A stretch of 64,000 nucleotides of DNA. Source: Pseudomonadota bacterium (GTDB lineage: Bacteria; Pseudomonadota; Gammaproteobacteria; Burkholderiales; JABEVD01). Position numbers and translations under genes: made by a program. Positions 1-8,640 of the stretch are shown piece by piece (position 1 is the stretch's first letter; every line of letters begins with the position of its first letter). The notes beneath the pieces were generated by a model that did no database searches, was not told where the DNA came from, and worked only from the letters and a program-made list of their open reading frames with translations. Location of the stretch: NCBI GenBank assembly GCA_021835845.1, contig JAKBJU010000002.1, positions 118,130 to 182,129 of the forward strand. Reading direction: 5' to 3'.

Positions 1-442
1 GCTGGAAATCGGGGTGGGCCTCGATCAGCTCGCCTTTCTTGTCGAGCGGAAGGGTTCTTCTGTAGTCGGTAAGGGGGTGGATCACCACGGTGGTGTCCTG
101 CCTTGCCTCGACGATTTCGTCGAGATAGCAGATTGCCCCCATCCGTGCGGCGATGGTGAGCGGGCCATCCTGCCACCGGGTGCCGCTTGCATCCAGGAGA
201 AAGCGGCCGACCAGGTCGGAAGCCGTCATGTCTTCGTTGCAGGCCACCGTGACCAGGGGCTTTTCAAGCTTCCACGCCATATGCTCGACGAAGCGGGACT
301 TTCCGCAGCCCGTCGGGCCTTTGAGCATGACCGGCATTCTGGATGCATAGGCTGCCTCGAAAAGAACGACTTCCTTACCCTGCGGCTGGTAGAAGGGCTC
401 CCTGCTTATCCTGTACTGATCGACATCGATCGTTTCATTCAT
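1..442 (-). CDS. cbbQ: CbbQ-type AAA+ (MoxR-class) RuBisCO activase subunit, second paralogue; only the 5' part is in the window
   Basis: This gene is absent from the ORF track because it has no stop codon inside the window. A reverse-strand ATG at 442..440 is preceded by GGAGGA. My hand translation is [95 protein letters not shown]... It is collinear and mostly identical with the complete CbbQ at 5734..6540, including the Walker A motif GPTGCGK. It lies directly downstream of cbbM. Confidence 0.85.
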   Translation of the reverse strand, partial: MNETIDVDQYRISREPFYQPQGKEVVLFEAAYASRMPVMLKGPTGCGKSRFVEHMAWKLEKPLVTVACNEDMTASDLVGRFLLDASGTRWQDGPLTIAARMGAICYLDEIVEARQDTTVVIHPLTDYRRTLPLDKKGELIEAHPDFQ

Positions 443-462
443 CGGTTTTCCTCCAGAAATAA

Positions 463-488
463 CAAAGCCCCTGCTCGCAGGGGCTTTG
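463..488 (-). terminator. Intercistronic hairpin between cbbM and cbbQ, likely a leaky terminator or mRNA stabiliser
   Basis: A perfect 11-bp stem CAAAGCCCCTG/CAGGGGCTTTG has a 4-nt loop. On the transcribed minus strand it is followed by TTGTTATTTCT and then the GGAGGA RBS of cbbQ. Confidence 0.45.
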
Positions 489-507
489 CGTTGCGCCGGA
501 CGGCGGA

Positions 508-1887
508 TTATTTATGAACGCCCAGCTTCTGGCGCCAGCCGGGGTAGAGCTTGTCCGCATCTTTCGGAAAAGATTCGAATGCACGGGCGAATTCCTTGTG
601 CTCTTTCGCGAACTCGATCGGATCTGCGCCCGTCTTCCAGCACTCGTAAGACTGGCGCAGGGAAATCGCGCCGGCTGCCGGACTGTCGATATGGCCGTAG
701 GAGCCGCCGCCTGCCGTATTGATCACGTTGCCGTGGCCCAGGTTCTCGAAGAAGCCCGGCAGGCGCAGCGCGTTCATGCCGCCAGAGATGATCGGGGTGG
801 TCGGCTTCATGCCGTACCACTTCTGGAAGTAGACCGGACCCTGGCACTCGTCGCGCTCGATCATGTAGGCGATGTTCTTGTCATCCGCCTCGCCTTCCAT
901 CTTGCCGTAGCCCATGGTGCCGACGTGAATGCCTGAAGCACCCTGCAGGCGGCTCATTTTGGCCAGCACGAAAGCGGTATAGCCGCGCTTGGCGGAAGGC
1001 GAAGTCACTGCGCCGTGGCCCGCGCGATGGTAGTGCAGGTACTGGCCGGGATACTGGCGACGTGCGGTGGTCACCATGCCGGGGCCGCCGACATAGCCAT
1101 CGACCAGGAAGGCGAGCTTGTCGGCATCCGGACCGAACACTTCGAGAGCATAGTCAGCGCGCGCGCACATTTCGTAGTGATCATCCGCGGTGATGTTCAT
1201 CGAGAACAGCTTGGCTTCGCCGGTTTCATCCTGGGCGCGCTTGAGGGAGTCATAGACCAGCGGCAGGACCTTCTTGAGCGGGCAGAAAACCTGATTGCCC
1301 TGGGGTTCGTCGTTCTTGATGAAGTCGCCGCCCAGCCAGAACTGGTAAGCCGCCTTGGCGAAGGGCTCGGGACGCAAGCCGAGCTTGGGCTTGATGATGG
1401 TTCCGGCGATGTAGCCGCCATCCTTGACCGGGCGACCCAGGATGCGCCACAGGTTGGAGATGTCGGTGGCCGGGCCGTCGAACATCTGGATGGCGCGCTC
1501 GGGCACATAGAAGTCGATCATCTTGGCGTGCTCGATGTCGCCCATCCCCTGATTGTTGCCGATGGCGAGCGTCAGGAAGGAAACCAGCATGAAGCGACCA
1601 TCGGTTACGTTGCGGTCGAAAAGTTCCAAAGGGTAGGCAATGCGCATGTCCTCGGTGGCTTCGTCGATGTGATAGACCAGCGCGTCCACGCCTTTGGTGA
1701 AATCATCGGTGGTGGAGACTTCCACATTGGTGCCGGTGGAGGATTCGGCGGCAAAGTGCGCGGCAGCCTCCAGATAACCGTAGCCGGCCTTGGGTTTCAT
1801 CTTGTAGGCCACCAGAATGTGCTTGCCCCCCTTGATGAGGCTTTCTTCGCTGAGGTCCAGATTGGCATAACGATTGGACTGGTCCAT
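508..1887 (-). CDS. cbbM: Ribulose-1,5-bisphosphate carboxylase/oxygenase, form II
   Basis: The 459-aa ORF has an ATG start. It carries the form II active-site motif [14 protein letters not shown]. No small-subunit gene follows, and the length and sequence are typical of CbbM. Confidence 0.97.
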   Translation of the reverse strand: MDQSNRYANLDLSEESLIKGGKHILVAYKMKPKAGYGYLEAAAHFAAESSTGTNVEVSTTDDFTKGVDALVYHIDEATEDMRIAYPLELFDRNVTDGRFMLVSFLTLAIGNNQGMGDIEHAKMIDFYVPERAIQMFDGPATDISNLWRILGRPVKDGGYIAGTIIKPKLGLRPEPFAKAAYQFWLGGDFIKNDEPQGNQVFCPLKKVLPLVYDSLKRAQDETGEAKLFSMNITADDHYEMCARADYALEVFGPDADKLAFLVDGYVGGPGMVTTARRQYPGQYLHYHRAGHGAVTSPSAKRGYTAFVLAKMSRLQGASGIHVGTMGYGKMEGEADDKNIAYMIERDECQGPVYFQKWYGMKPTTPIISGGMNALRLPGFFENLGHGNVINTAGGGSYGHIDSPAAGAISLRQSYECWKTGADPIEFAKEHKEFARAFESFPKDADKLYPGWRQKLGVHK

Positions 1888-2001
1888 ATCAATTCTCCAG
1901 GATTGTATTGTGGGTAAATGGCCCTATTGCAAGCAGGACTATACGCCAACAAAACCATAAACAATATTCACAAATTCTGATAAGATTCCAAATAATTTCT
2001 T
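1888..2001. promoter_or_regulatory. Divergent cbbM / cbbR control region
   Basis: This 114-bp AT-rich spacer sits between divergent cbbM and a LysR gene. It contains TGATAAG at 1978..1984, the same half-site motif (CTTATC/GATAAG) that recurs in the second cbbL/cbbR spacer. Treating it as an operator is an inference from the usual LysR/CbbR architecture. Confidence 0.4.
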
Positions 2002-2919
2002 ATGCCTAGACTGACCCTACGCCAACTGGATATTCTTGAAGCCGTTGCCCGCTGCGGGAGCTTTTCCCGTGCGAGCGAAGAACTGCATCTGACGCAGCCA
2101 GCTGTTTCCATGCAAATCAAGCAGCTGGAAGAGTCCCTGGGCTTGCCCTTGTTCGAGCAGATTGGAAAGCGCATTCACCTCACCGAGGCCGGGCGCGAAG
2201 TGCTGGAAACAAGCCGCGCAGTGAGCCGTGAACTGGCAAATCTGGAACATGCTCTGGGGGATTTGCGGGGTTTGAAGGGGGGGGCTCTGACGGTGTCGGT
2301 CGTGAGTTCCGCCAGCTACCTTGGGGCAAGGCTGATCGCCGCATTCCGACAGACCCACCCGGATGTACGCGTGAGCCTGAATGCGGTCAATCGCGAAACA
2401 TTGTTGCGTCATCTGGCCGAAAACAGCATCGACCTTGCGCTGATGGGTCTGCCGCCGGACGGTCACGATCTCCAAGCACAGCCCTTCCTGGACAATCCGC
2501 TGGTGGTCATCGCCTCGCCATCCCATCCGTTGGCGGAAATGCCCGACATCTCCTTGCAGCGCCTGGCAGAGGAGCCCTTTGTCGGTCGCGAGCAGGGTTC
2601 GGGAACCCGCAGCGCCGTAGAAAAGTTTTTCAACGAGAACGGCCTGGCGCTGAAGGTTGCCATGGAAATGAACAAGAACGAGGCCATCAAGCAGGCAGTG
2701 GAGGCCGGACTGGGCGTAGGCGTGGTGTCACTTCACGGAGAGCTCGCAAAAAGGAATTTGTGCCTTCTGGACGTGCAGGGCTTCCCGTTGTTGCGACAGT
2801 GGTATCTGGTTCAGCGGCAGGGAAAGCGCCCCAGTGCCGCCGCTCAGGCTTTTGCCCAGTTCGTATTAAGCGAGGCGACCCGAATTGCCCATGTGGAGGT
2901 GGCCGGCCAAAAGTCCTAG
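2002..2919 (+). CDS. cbbR: LysR-family transcriptional regulator, CbbR-type (paired with cbbM)
   Basis: The 305-aa ORF has an N-terminal LysR HTH (FSRASEELHLTQPAVSMQIKQLEESLGLPLFEQ). It is divergent from cbbM. It is paralogous to the ORF at 8641..9531. Confidence 0.85.
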   Translation: MPRLTLRQLDILEAVARCGSFSRASEELHLTQPAVSMQIKQLEESLGLPLFEQIGKRIHLTEAGREVLETSRAVSRELANLEHALGDLRGLKGGALTVSVVSSASYLGARLIAAFRQTHPDVRVSLNAVNRETLLRHLAENSIDLALMGLPPDGHDLQAQPFLDNPLVVIASPSHPLAEMPDISLQRLAEEPFVGREQGSGTRSAVEKFFNENGLALKVAMEMNKNEAIKQAVEAGLGVGVVSLHGELAKRNLCLLDVQGFPLLRQWYLVQRQGKRPSAAAQAFAQFVLSEATRIAHVEVAGQKS

Positions 2920-3218
2920 TCTTCGTCGCCCAGTTCCGGATCCCAGCCTTTTTTTCTGGCTTCGAGAGTGGCTTTTTCATAAAGCGCGATGTGGCGTTCA
3001 CGCAGGTCGGGGGGCAGGCGGCTGGGCAAGTTGCCGTATTTGTCCCATTCCTTCTCCACCCTGTCCATCAGGTTCTGCATGCGTCCCATATCCCAGCCGG
3101 CGCAATCCTCGGTGTCGGGGATCATTCCGAACAGCCAGCCATCGAGCACGATGCGCCCCAGCTGGGTGATGCCGTGCTTGTCCTGATAAAAGCCGACGTA
3201 GTTGTTTTCCATGCTCAT
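2916..3218 (-). CDS. Small conserved-looking hypothetical protein downstream of cbbO, possibly CbbN-like
   Basis: The 100-aa ORF is on the same strand as cbbO and lies 95 nt downstream of it. It has an ATG start. The product looks soluble and acidic, with four Trp residues, three of them in a recurring W-D context. Its position and size match my recollection of cbbN in the Nitrosomonas europaea cbbLSQON operon, but I could not verify homology. Confidence 0.6.
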   Translation of the reverse strand: MSMENNYVGFYQDKHGITQLGRIVLDGWLFGMIPDTEDCAGWDMGRMQNLMDRVEKEWDKYGNLPSRLPPDLRERHIALYEKATLEARKKGWDPELGDED

Positions 3219-3313
3219 CTTGTCAAACCTGCATAAAGAAGCGGGGACTTTTGGCTCCGGTCGCAGCTGCGCTGCTTAATCCGGCAGAGCCGGCAACCTC
3301 GAAAGCTTGCGCC

Positions 3314-5671
3314 TCATCTCGTCAGTCCCGCGTACAACAATGGGAGCTTTTCAGGCAACCTTTCCACCTGGTCGACCACCATATAGTTGCGGGCACCGAA
3401 AATTCGCGACACATACTGGTCCGCCCGGGGGTCGAGGCTCATGCAATAGGTGATGATACCCGATCGGCCCACATCTTCCACAGCTTTTTTCGCATCATAG
3501 CGCAAATACTGCGGATCCCGAACGTCGACGTCAGCCGGCTCTCCGTCGGTGATCACCAGAAGCAGCTTCTTGGACGATCGCTGCTGCCTGAGATGCCATC
3601 CCGCATGGCGGATGGCCGCACCCATGCGGGTGGAGAGCTGGCCGGTCATGCCCGCAAGCCTGCCCTTGGGCGCTTCGTCCCAGGTCTGGTCGAAGTCCTT
3701 GAATCGGTAGTAGTCGACGTTGTTTCGTCCGTCGGAGCAGAAGCCGTGGATGGCGAAGGGGTCTCCCACCTTTGAAATGGCGTCCGACAGCAACACGCAG
3801 GCCTGGCGGGTCAAATCGAGCACGCTGAATTCCTGCCCCGAAACCTTTTCGTTGGTGGACTCGGACAGATCCAACAGCACCATGATGGAGATGTCGCGCA
3901 CCTTGCGCACCGAACGCATCATGATCCTGGGGTCGGGCTGCATGCCCATGCGCAGATCAATGGCGCTCGCGATGGCTGCATTGATGTCGATTTCGTCGCC
4001 GTCCTCGAGTTTCCTGATGCGCTGCACGCCCTGGGGCTGCATGGTGTCGAGGAGGAATTTCATGCGATGGATTTCCCGCTTGTATTGAGCGGCAATGCCG
4101 TCGATGACTGCGGCGTCCCCGCGCCTCGCGCGCTTTTCCAGAACGGTCGCCCAGGAGGGCCGTTCCAGCTGGATCTGGTAGTCCCATTCGGAGTAATGAT
4201 AGGGTTCCGAAACAGGCTCCTTGCCCTCCAGCTCGTTGAAAGACTGGCCGCCGCTCTCGTCCCCGATATTCTCGTAGGGATAGAGTTCGGTGCTCAGCAC
4301 CCAGATTTCCTCGGCATCGTCCCCCGCCGTTTCGACGTCGATCTCGTTCGCCATCTCCATCACGTTCACGTACTTGCGCACCTGTTTGATGGTGTCGTAG
4401 CCGGCGGAAGCGGCCTTTTCGAAATCGAATTCCTCGAATTCCCAGAAATAGCGGTTGTCGTCGCGGTAGGGCGCCGTCAGCACATCGGTGCGCGGATTGT
4501 ACGGAATCTGCCTGCGGCTCAGAGCATGCGCGAGCTGCACGCCGATTTCCCACGAAATCTGATTGCTGCCCAAGCGATCCTGCGCCGAGGCGAACAGGGT
4601 ACGGCCTTCGGCGATCCATGGATCGTCATCCCGATAATTCTCGTCCAGCAGCGCACGCGCAAGGCGGTTCAGATAGTCGCCCACGCTTGCGTTCATGGCC
4701 TGCGTGGCAAGATGCAGCCTGCTCCAGAGCTGCTTCAGGCCCGGGAAGCGCCGGATCGACAGCGCTTCCACACGCGCATCCTCGATCACCGAAATCAACG
4801 CCATCTGCATCGGATTCAGGGCTTCTGCGGACAGCGGCTGTTTGGTTTCAACCACATGCGCAGCGCAGTGCGCGGCAGTCGCGCGATAAAGTTCGAGGCC
4901 GGAAACCGGCTCCTGTCCCTCGATCGCGAAATCGTCGTAGGCATCGGGAAGATGCAGCAAATAATCCTCGATGTAAGGCTTGTAGCCCTCTCGCGACTCG
5001 AAATCCCCGGAAGTCGGACGCATGAAGAAGTCGCGCGCCCACAGCGCCCTCAAATACATGTTGATGCGCCGCTGCACATCGACCAGCAAGGTGCCCTTGC
5101 GCTCTTTCTGCAGCATGGCCAGCGACTCCTTGGAATCGAGGCCGAAGTAGCGAATCTGCTCTTCGTAGTTGGTGCGGTGCGCATGCGCTCCCCACAATGC
5201 CCAGCGCCTGAGCCCGCCCAGGGTTAGATGCTGGAACAGCGTCTCCAGATTGTCGAGCATGGGGCGAACCCCGCGCGGCGCCTGTGCGATCAGCGTATTG
5301 ATGAACTGCAGATAGTTGATGAAGAGCTGCGCGTCGCCCAGCCTTCTGGCGGCAGCTGGCGCTGTGGCAAGCAGGAGTTCAATGACCGCTCCCGAAGTCT
5401 TGGACGCGAGAATCAAGGATGCCGTGGCAAGTTCCCCGACCACATCTTCGCCGACTTCCTTGGCAACCCGGGGAGCCTCGTTTATCCAGGTTTCGACCAG
5501 GGAGTCTCCTCGCCCCAGGCTGCGTATCGCAGACACCCCCTTGAGGTAATTGTCCAGCCCGCGCGGGCTGAACACCTTGGTGGCATCATGCCAGCTGACA
5601 TTGAGCGCATCGCGGCTGTGCGGCGAAAGATCCTCCAGCAGCTCGGCGTAGTCTTCGAGTTTGATTGACAT
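3314..5671 (-). CDS. cbbO: CbbO, the von Willebrand factor A-domain adaptor subunit of the CbbQO RuBisCO activase
   Basis: The 785-aa ORF sits immediately downstream of cbbQ. It has a C-terminal VWA domain with a MIDAS-like motif (VLLDLSESTN). Both size and position are typical of CbbO/NorD-like proteins. Confidence 0.9.
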   Translation of the reverse strand: MSIKLEDYAELLEDLSPHSRDALNVSWHDATKVFSPRGLDNYLKGVSAIRSLGRGDSLVETWINEAPRVAKEVGEDVVGELATASLILASKTSGAVIELLLATAPAAARRLGDAQLFINYLQFINTLIAQAPRGVRPMLDNLETLFQHLTLGGLRRWALWGAHAHRTNYEEQIRYFGLDSKESLAMLQKERKGTLLVDVQRRINMYLRALWARDFFMRPTSGDFESREGYKPYIEDYLLHLPDAYDDFAIEGQEPVSGLELYRATAAHCAAHVVETKQPLSAEALNPMQMALISVIEDARVEALSIRRFPGLKQLWSRLHLATQAMNASVGDYLNRLARALLDENYRDDDPWIAEGRTLFASAQDRLGSNQISWEIGVQLAHALSRRQIPYNPRTDVLTAPYRDDNRYFWEFEEFDFEKAASAGYDTIKQVRKYVNVMEMANEIDVETAGDDAEEIWVLSTELYPYENIGDESGGQSFNELEGKEPVSEPYHYSEWDYQIQLERPSWATVLEKRARRGDAAVIDGIAAQYKREIHRMKFLLDTMQPQGVQRIRKLEDGDEIDINAAIASAIDLRMGMQPDPRIMMRSVRKVRDISIMVLLDLSESTNEKVSGQEFSVLDLTRQACVLLSDAISKVGDPFAIHGFCSDGRNNVDYYRFKDFDQTWDEAPKGRLAGMTGQLSTRMGAAIRHAGWHLRQQRSSKKLLLVITDGEPADVDVRDPQYLRYDAKKAVEDVGRSGIITYCMSLDPRADQYVSRIFGARNYMVVDQVERLPEKLPLLYAGLTR

Positions 5672-5686
5672 GTCAGATCCCCTTCT

Positions 5687-5716
5687 GGCGTCCGGAGGCT
5701 CGGGCCTCCGGACGCC
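5687..5716 (-). other. Intercistronic GC-rich hairpin between cbbQ and cbbO
   Basis: A perfect 13-bp stem GGCGTCCGGAGGC/GCCTCCGGACGCC has a 4-nt loop. On the minus strand it is followed by AGAAGGGGATCTGAC and then the cbbO ATG. There is no U-tract, so it is more likely an mRNA-stability or processing element than a terminator. Confidence 0.5.
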
Positions 5717-5733
5717 AACCGGTCACCGGGTAT

Positions 5734-6540
5734 TTATGAGAAGAAGGTGGTCACTGCGGCGTCGAGGGCATCGCGCATGTCCGGGTCGTCGGTGATCGGC
5801 CTGACCAGGGCGACGCGGCAGGCGTTCTTCGGCTCCACCCCCCTGGCAATCAGGCTGCCCGCATACACCAGCATCCGCGTCGAGACGCCTTCGTCCAGAC
5901 CATGCCCCTTCAGGTTCCTGGAGCGCTCCGCAATCGACACCAGCTTCTCCGCAACCTCGCCCTGAACCCCCGATTCGTGCGCCACGATCTCCGATTCGAC
6001 CGCATGCTCCGGATAATTGAAATCGAGCGCTCCGAAGCGCTGCTTGGTCGACTGCTTCAGATCCTTCATCAGGCTCTGATAGCCCGGATTGTACGAAATC
6101 ACCAGCTGAAAATCCGGATGCGCATGCACCAGCTCGCCCTTCTTCTCCAAAGGCAGAACCCGCCTGTTGTCGGTCAGGGGATGGATCACCACCGTGGTGT
6201 CCTGCCTCGCTTCCACCACCTCGTCCAGATAGCAGATCGCCCCATATCTCGCCGCAATCGCAAGCGGCCCGTCCTGCCAGCGCGTGCCCGAAGCATCCAG
6301 CAGAAAACGCCCCACCAGGTCGGATGCGGTCATGTCCTCGTTGCAGGCCACCGTGATCAGCGGTTTCCCGAGCTTCCAGGCCATGTATTCCACGAAGCGC
6401 GTCTTGCCGCATCCCGTCGGCCCCTTCAGCATCATCGGCATCCTCACCGAATACGCCGCTTCGTATAGCGCCACTTCGTCAGATACCGCGCGATAATAGG
6501 GTTCCTTCTCTATTCTGTACTGGCTGATGATGTCGCTCAT
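5734..6540 (-). CDS. cbbQ: CbbQ AAA+ RuBisCO activase subunit (form IA-associated)
   Basis: The track ORF is 5734..6597. I place the start at the ATG at 6540 ([16 protein letters not shown]...) by collinearity with the paralogue at 1..442 and because AGGAG lies upstream. The Walker A motif is GPTGCGKT. Confidence 0.92.
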   Translation of the reverse strand: MSDIISQYRIEKEPYYRAVSDEVALYEAAYSVRMPMMLKGPTGCGKTRFVEYMAWKLGKPLITVACNEDMTASDLVGRFLLDASGTRWQDGPLAIAARYGAICYLDEVVEARQDTTVVIHPLTDNRRVLPLEKKGELVHAHPDFQLVISYNPGYQSLMKDLKQSTKQRFGALDFNYPEHAVESEIVAHESGVQGEVAEKLVSIAERSRNLKGHGLDEGVSTRMLVYAGSLIARGVEPKNACRVALVRPITDDPDMRDALDAAVTTFFS

Positions 6541-6568
6541 GGCTGCTCCTAGAAAATGATCTGCGGAA

Positions 6569-6624
6569 GGGTCTGACCGCTTGACTCGGCGAATCAAGCG
6601 GTCAGACCCCGCCTTGCGGCGGGG
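6569..6624 (-). other. Double hairpin downstream of cbbS
   Basis: A perfect 16-bp stem GGGTCTGACCGCTTGA/TCAAGCGGTCAGACCC (6569..6584 and 6594..6609) has a 9-nt loop. An adjacent, partly overlapping 7-bp stem is CCCCGCC/GGCGGGG (6607..6613 and 6618..6624). There is no clear U-tract, and the cbbQ RBS AGGAG follows. Confidence 0.55.
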
Positions 6625-6630
6625 AGAGCC

Positions 6631-6987
6631 TTACACCGTCTTGCCGCGGTAAATCACCATCGCCGTGCCCTGGCTTTGCGCAAAGTTGTCGTAGCCGACC
6701 AGACGGACGTGGTTGTTTGGATTGGCCTTGTGGCAGGCTGCCGCCTCGCCCAGAATCCTGTCCACATCGGTCTCGCCGAACATCGGCAGCTTCCACATGT
6801 ACCAGTAGTTGTCCATCAGGTGCTCGGGCTCGGTATGCTCAACCGCCGGATTCCAGCCCTTTTTCACGATGTACTCGACCTGTTTCCTGATCTTGTCGGC
6901 GTCCAGGGCCGGCAGATAGGAAAAGGTTTCGAACTTGCGGCTGGCAGGATCGCTCAACCGGCTTTTGTAATCCATCATTTCAGACAT
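6631..6987 (-). CDS. cbbS: RuBisCO form I small subunit
   Basis: The 118-aa ORF lies directly downstream of cbbL. It contains a typical small-subunit sequence ([13 protein letters not shown]...[11 protein letters not shown]). Confidence 0.95.
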   Translation of the reverse strand: MSEMMDYKSRLSDPASRKFETFSYLPALDADKIRKQVEYIVKKGWNPAVEHTEPEHLMDNYWYMWKLPMFGETDVDRILGEAAACHKANPNNHVRLVGYDNFAQSQGTAMVIYRGKTV

Positions 6988-7038
6988 AGTGTTCTCCTGA
7001 ATATCAATTTGGGAATCCCGGCTACGCCGGGAAAATCA

Positions 7039-8460
7039 TCACTTGTGCGCCACGTCCAGCTTGTCGACGGTGTCGAACTCGAACTTGATCTCTTTCCACG
7101 TTTCCATGGCGATCTTGAGTTCGGGGCTGTGCTTGGCGGCTTCAGTCAGAACTGCCTTGCCTTCCTTCTCGACCTGGACGCCGCGGTTGCGCGCTTCCAC
7201 GCAGGCTTCCAGTGCGACGCGGTTGGCGGCAGCGCCAGCGGCATTGCCCCAGGGATGGCCCAGCGTGCCGCCGCCGAACTGCAGGCAGGCGTCGTCGCCG
7301 AAGATCGCGACCAGCGCGGGCATGTGCCAGACGTGGATGCCGCCGGATGCGACCGGGAATACTCCGGGCATGGAGCCCCAGTCCTGGTCGAAGAAAATGC
7401 CGCGCGAACGGTCTTCCTTGATGAAGGAATCGCGCATCAGGTCGATCCATCCCAGGGTCGAGGCACGGTCGCCTTCCAGCTTGCCGACGACGGTGCCGGA
7501 ATGCAGGTGATCGCCGCCGGAAAGGCGCAGGATCTTGGCCAGCACGCGGAAATGGATGCCATGGTGCGGGTTGCGGTCGATCACGGCGTGCATTGCGCGG
7601 TGGATATGCAGCAGAATGCCGTTGTCGCGACACCAGTTGGCCAGGCCCGTGTTGGCGCAGAAGCCGCCCGTGATGTAGTCGTGCATGATGATGGGGGCGC
7701 CGATTTCCTTGGCATATTCTGCACGCTTGTACATTTCTTCCGGGGTCGGGGCAGTCACGTTGAGGTAGTGGCCCTTGCGCTCACCGGTTTCGCGTTCGGC
7801 CTTGTGGACCGCTTCCATCACGAAGTCGAAGCGCTGCCTCCAGCGCATGAAAGGCTGGCTGTTGACGTTTTCGTCGTCCTTGGTCAGATCCAGACCGCCG
7901 CGCAGGCATTCATAAACGGCCCGGCCGTAGTTCTTGGCGGAAAGACCCAGTTTGGGCTTGATGGTGCAGCCGAGCAGCGCACGGCCGTACTTGTTGAGCA
8001 TGTCGCGCTCGACCTGGATGCCATGGGGCGGACCGCCGCAGGTCTTGACATAGGCGATGGGGAAGCGCACGTCTTCCAGACGCAGGGCGCGGATTGCCTT
8101 GAAACCGAACACGTTGCCCACCAGCGAGGTGAACACGTTGACCACGGATCCCTCTTCGAAAAGATCGATGGGGTAGGCCACGAATGCATAGAAGCAGGTG
8201 TCGTCGCCGGGAACGTCTTCGATGCGATAGGCGCGGCCCTTGTAGTAGTCCAGATCCGTCAAAAGATCAGTCCAGACCGTGGTCCAGGTTCCGGTCGAGG
8301 ACTCGGCTGCAACGGCAGCTGCCGCCTCTTCGCGGTCCACGCCGGGCTGGGGGGTGATTTTGAAGCACGCCAGGATATCGGTATCCAGCGGCGTGTACTC
8401 GGGCATCCAGTAGGTTTGCCGGTATTCCTTCACGCCGGCATTGTAGGTTTTGACAGCCAT
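7039..8460 (-). CDS. cbbL: RuBisCO form I large subunit (form IA-like, non-carboxysomal cbbLSQO type)
   Basis: The 473-aa ORF carries hallmark large-subunit motifs ([43 protein letters not shown]). It is followed by cbbS-cbbQ-cbbO. There are no carboxysome genes in the window. Confidence 0.97.
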   Translation of the reverse strand: MAVKTYNAGVKEYRQTYWMPEYTPLDTDILACFKITPQPGVDREEAAAAVAAESSTGTWTTVWTDLLTDLDYYKGRAYRIEDVPGDDTCFYAFVAYPIDLFEEGSVVNVFTSLVGNVFGFKAIRALRLEDVRFPIAYVKTCGGPPHGIQVERDMLNKYGRALLGCTIKPKLGLSAKNYGRAVYECLRGGLDLTKDDENVNSQPFMRWRQRFDFVMEAVHKAERETGERKGHYLNVTAPTPEEMYKRAEYAKEIGAPIIMHDYITGGFCANTGLANWCRDNGILLHIHRAMHAVIDRNPHHGIHFRVLAKILRLSGGDHLHSGTVVGKLEGDRASTLGWIDLMRDSFIKEDRSRGIFFDQDWGSMPGVFPVASGGIHVWHMPALVAIFGDDACLQFGGGTLGHPWGNAAGAAANRVALEACVEARNRGVQVEKEGKAVLTEAAKHSPELKIAMETWKEIKFEFDTVDKLDVAHK

Positions 8461-8640
8461 AGCAGCCTCCTCAAGAGAATGAAAATATCCCGAAACCGGG
8501 ATGTTGCGAGTCGTTCACTTTCGACTTGAAAACACTATACCGGCCACTTATCATAAGAAACAGTCAGATGTTTTGATTGTTATCATCATCAAAAGCTTAT
8601 GGTATATTGTTGTCAGTCGGAACAACAAGTATAGGTCGCC
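8461..8640. promoter_or_regulatory. Divergent cbbL / cbbR control region
   Basis: This 180-bp spacer contains the palindrome CTTATCATAAG at 8547..8557, plus further TTATCA and CTTATG copies. Such sites are typical of a LysR/CbbR operator region. This is an inference with no binding data behind it. Confidence 0.4.

Noticed and set aside
14-517. A 167-aa plus-strand ORF at the left edge is listed in the track.
   Set aside because: It is antisense to a clearly recognisable cbbQ paralogue. That gene is missing from the track only because it has no stop codon inside the window. The plus-strand product has no recognisable motifs and the Arg/Gly/His-rich composition typical of antisense frames in GC-rich DNA.
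6676-8529. A 617-aa plus-strand ORF covers cbbS and cbbL.
   Set aside because: It is antisense to two unmistakable RuBisCO genes. Its composition is low-complexity and rich in Ala, Gly, Val, Asp and His. Long stop-free antisense frames are expected at this GC content.
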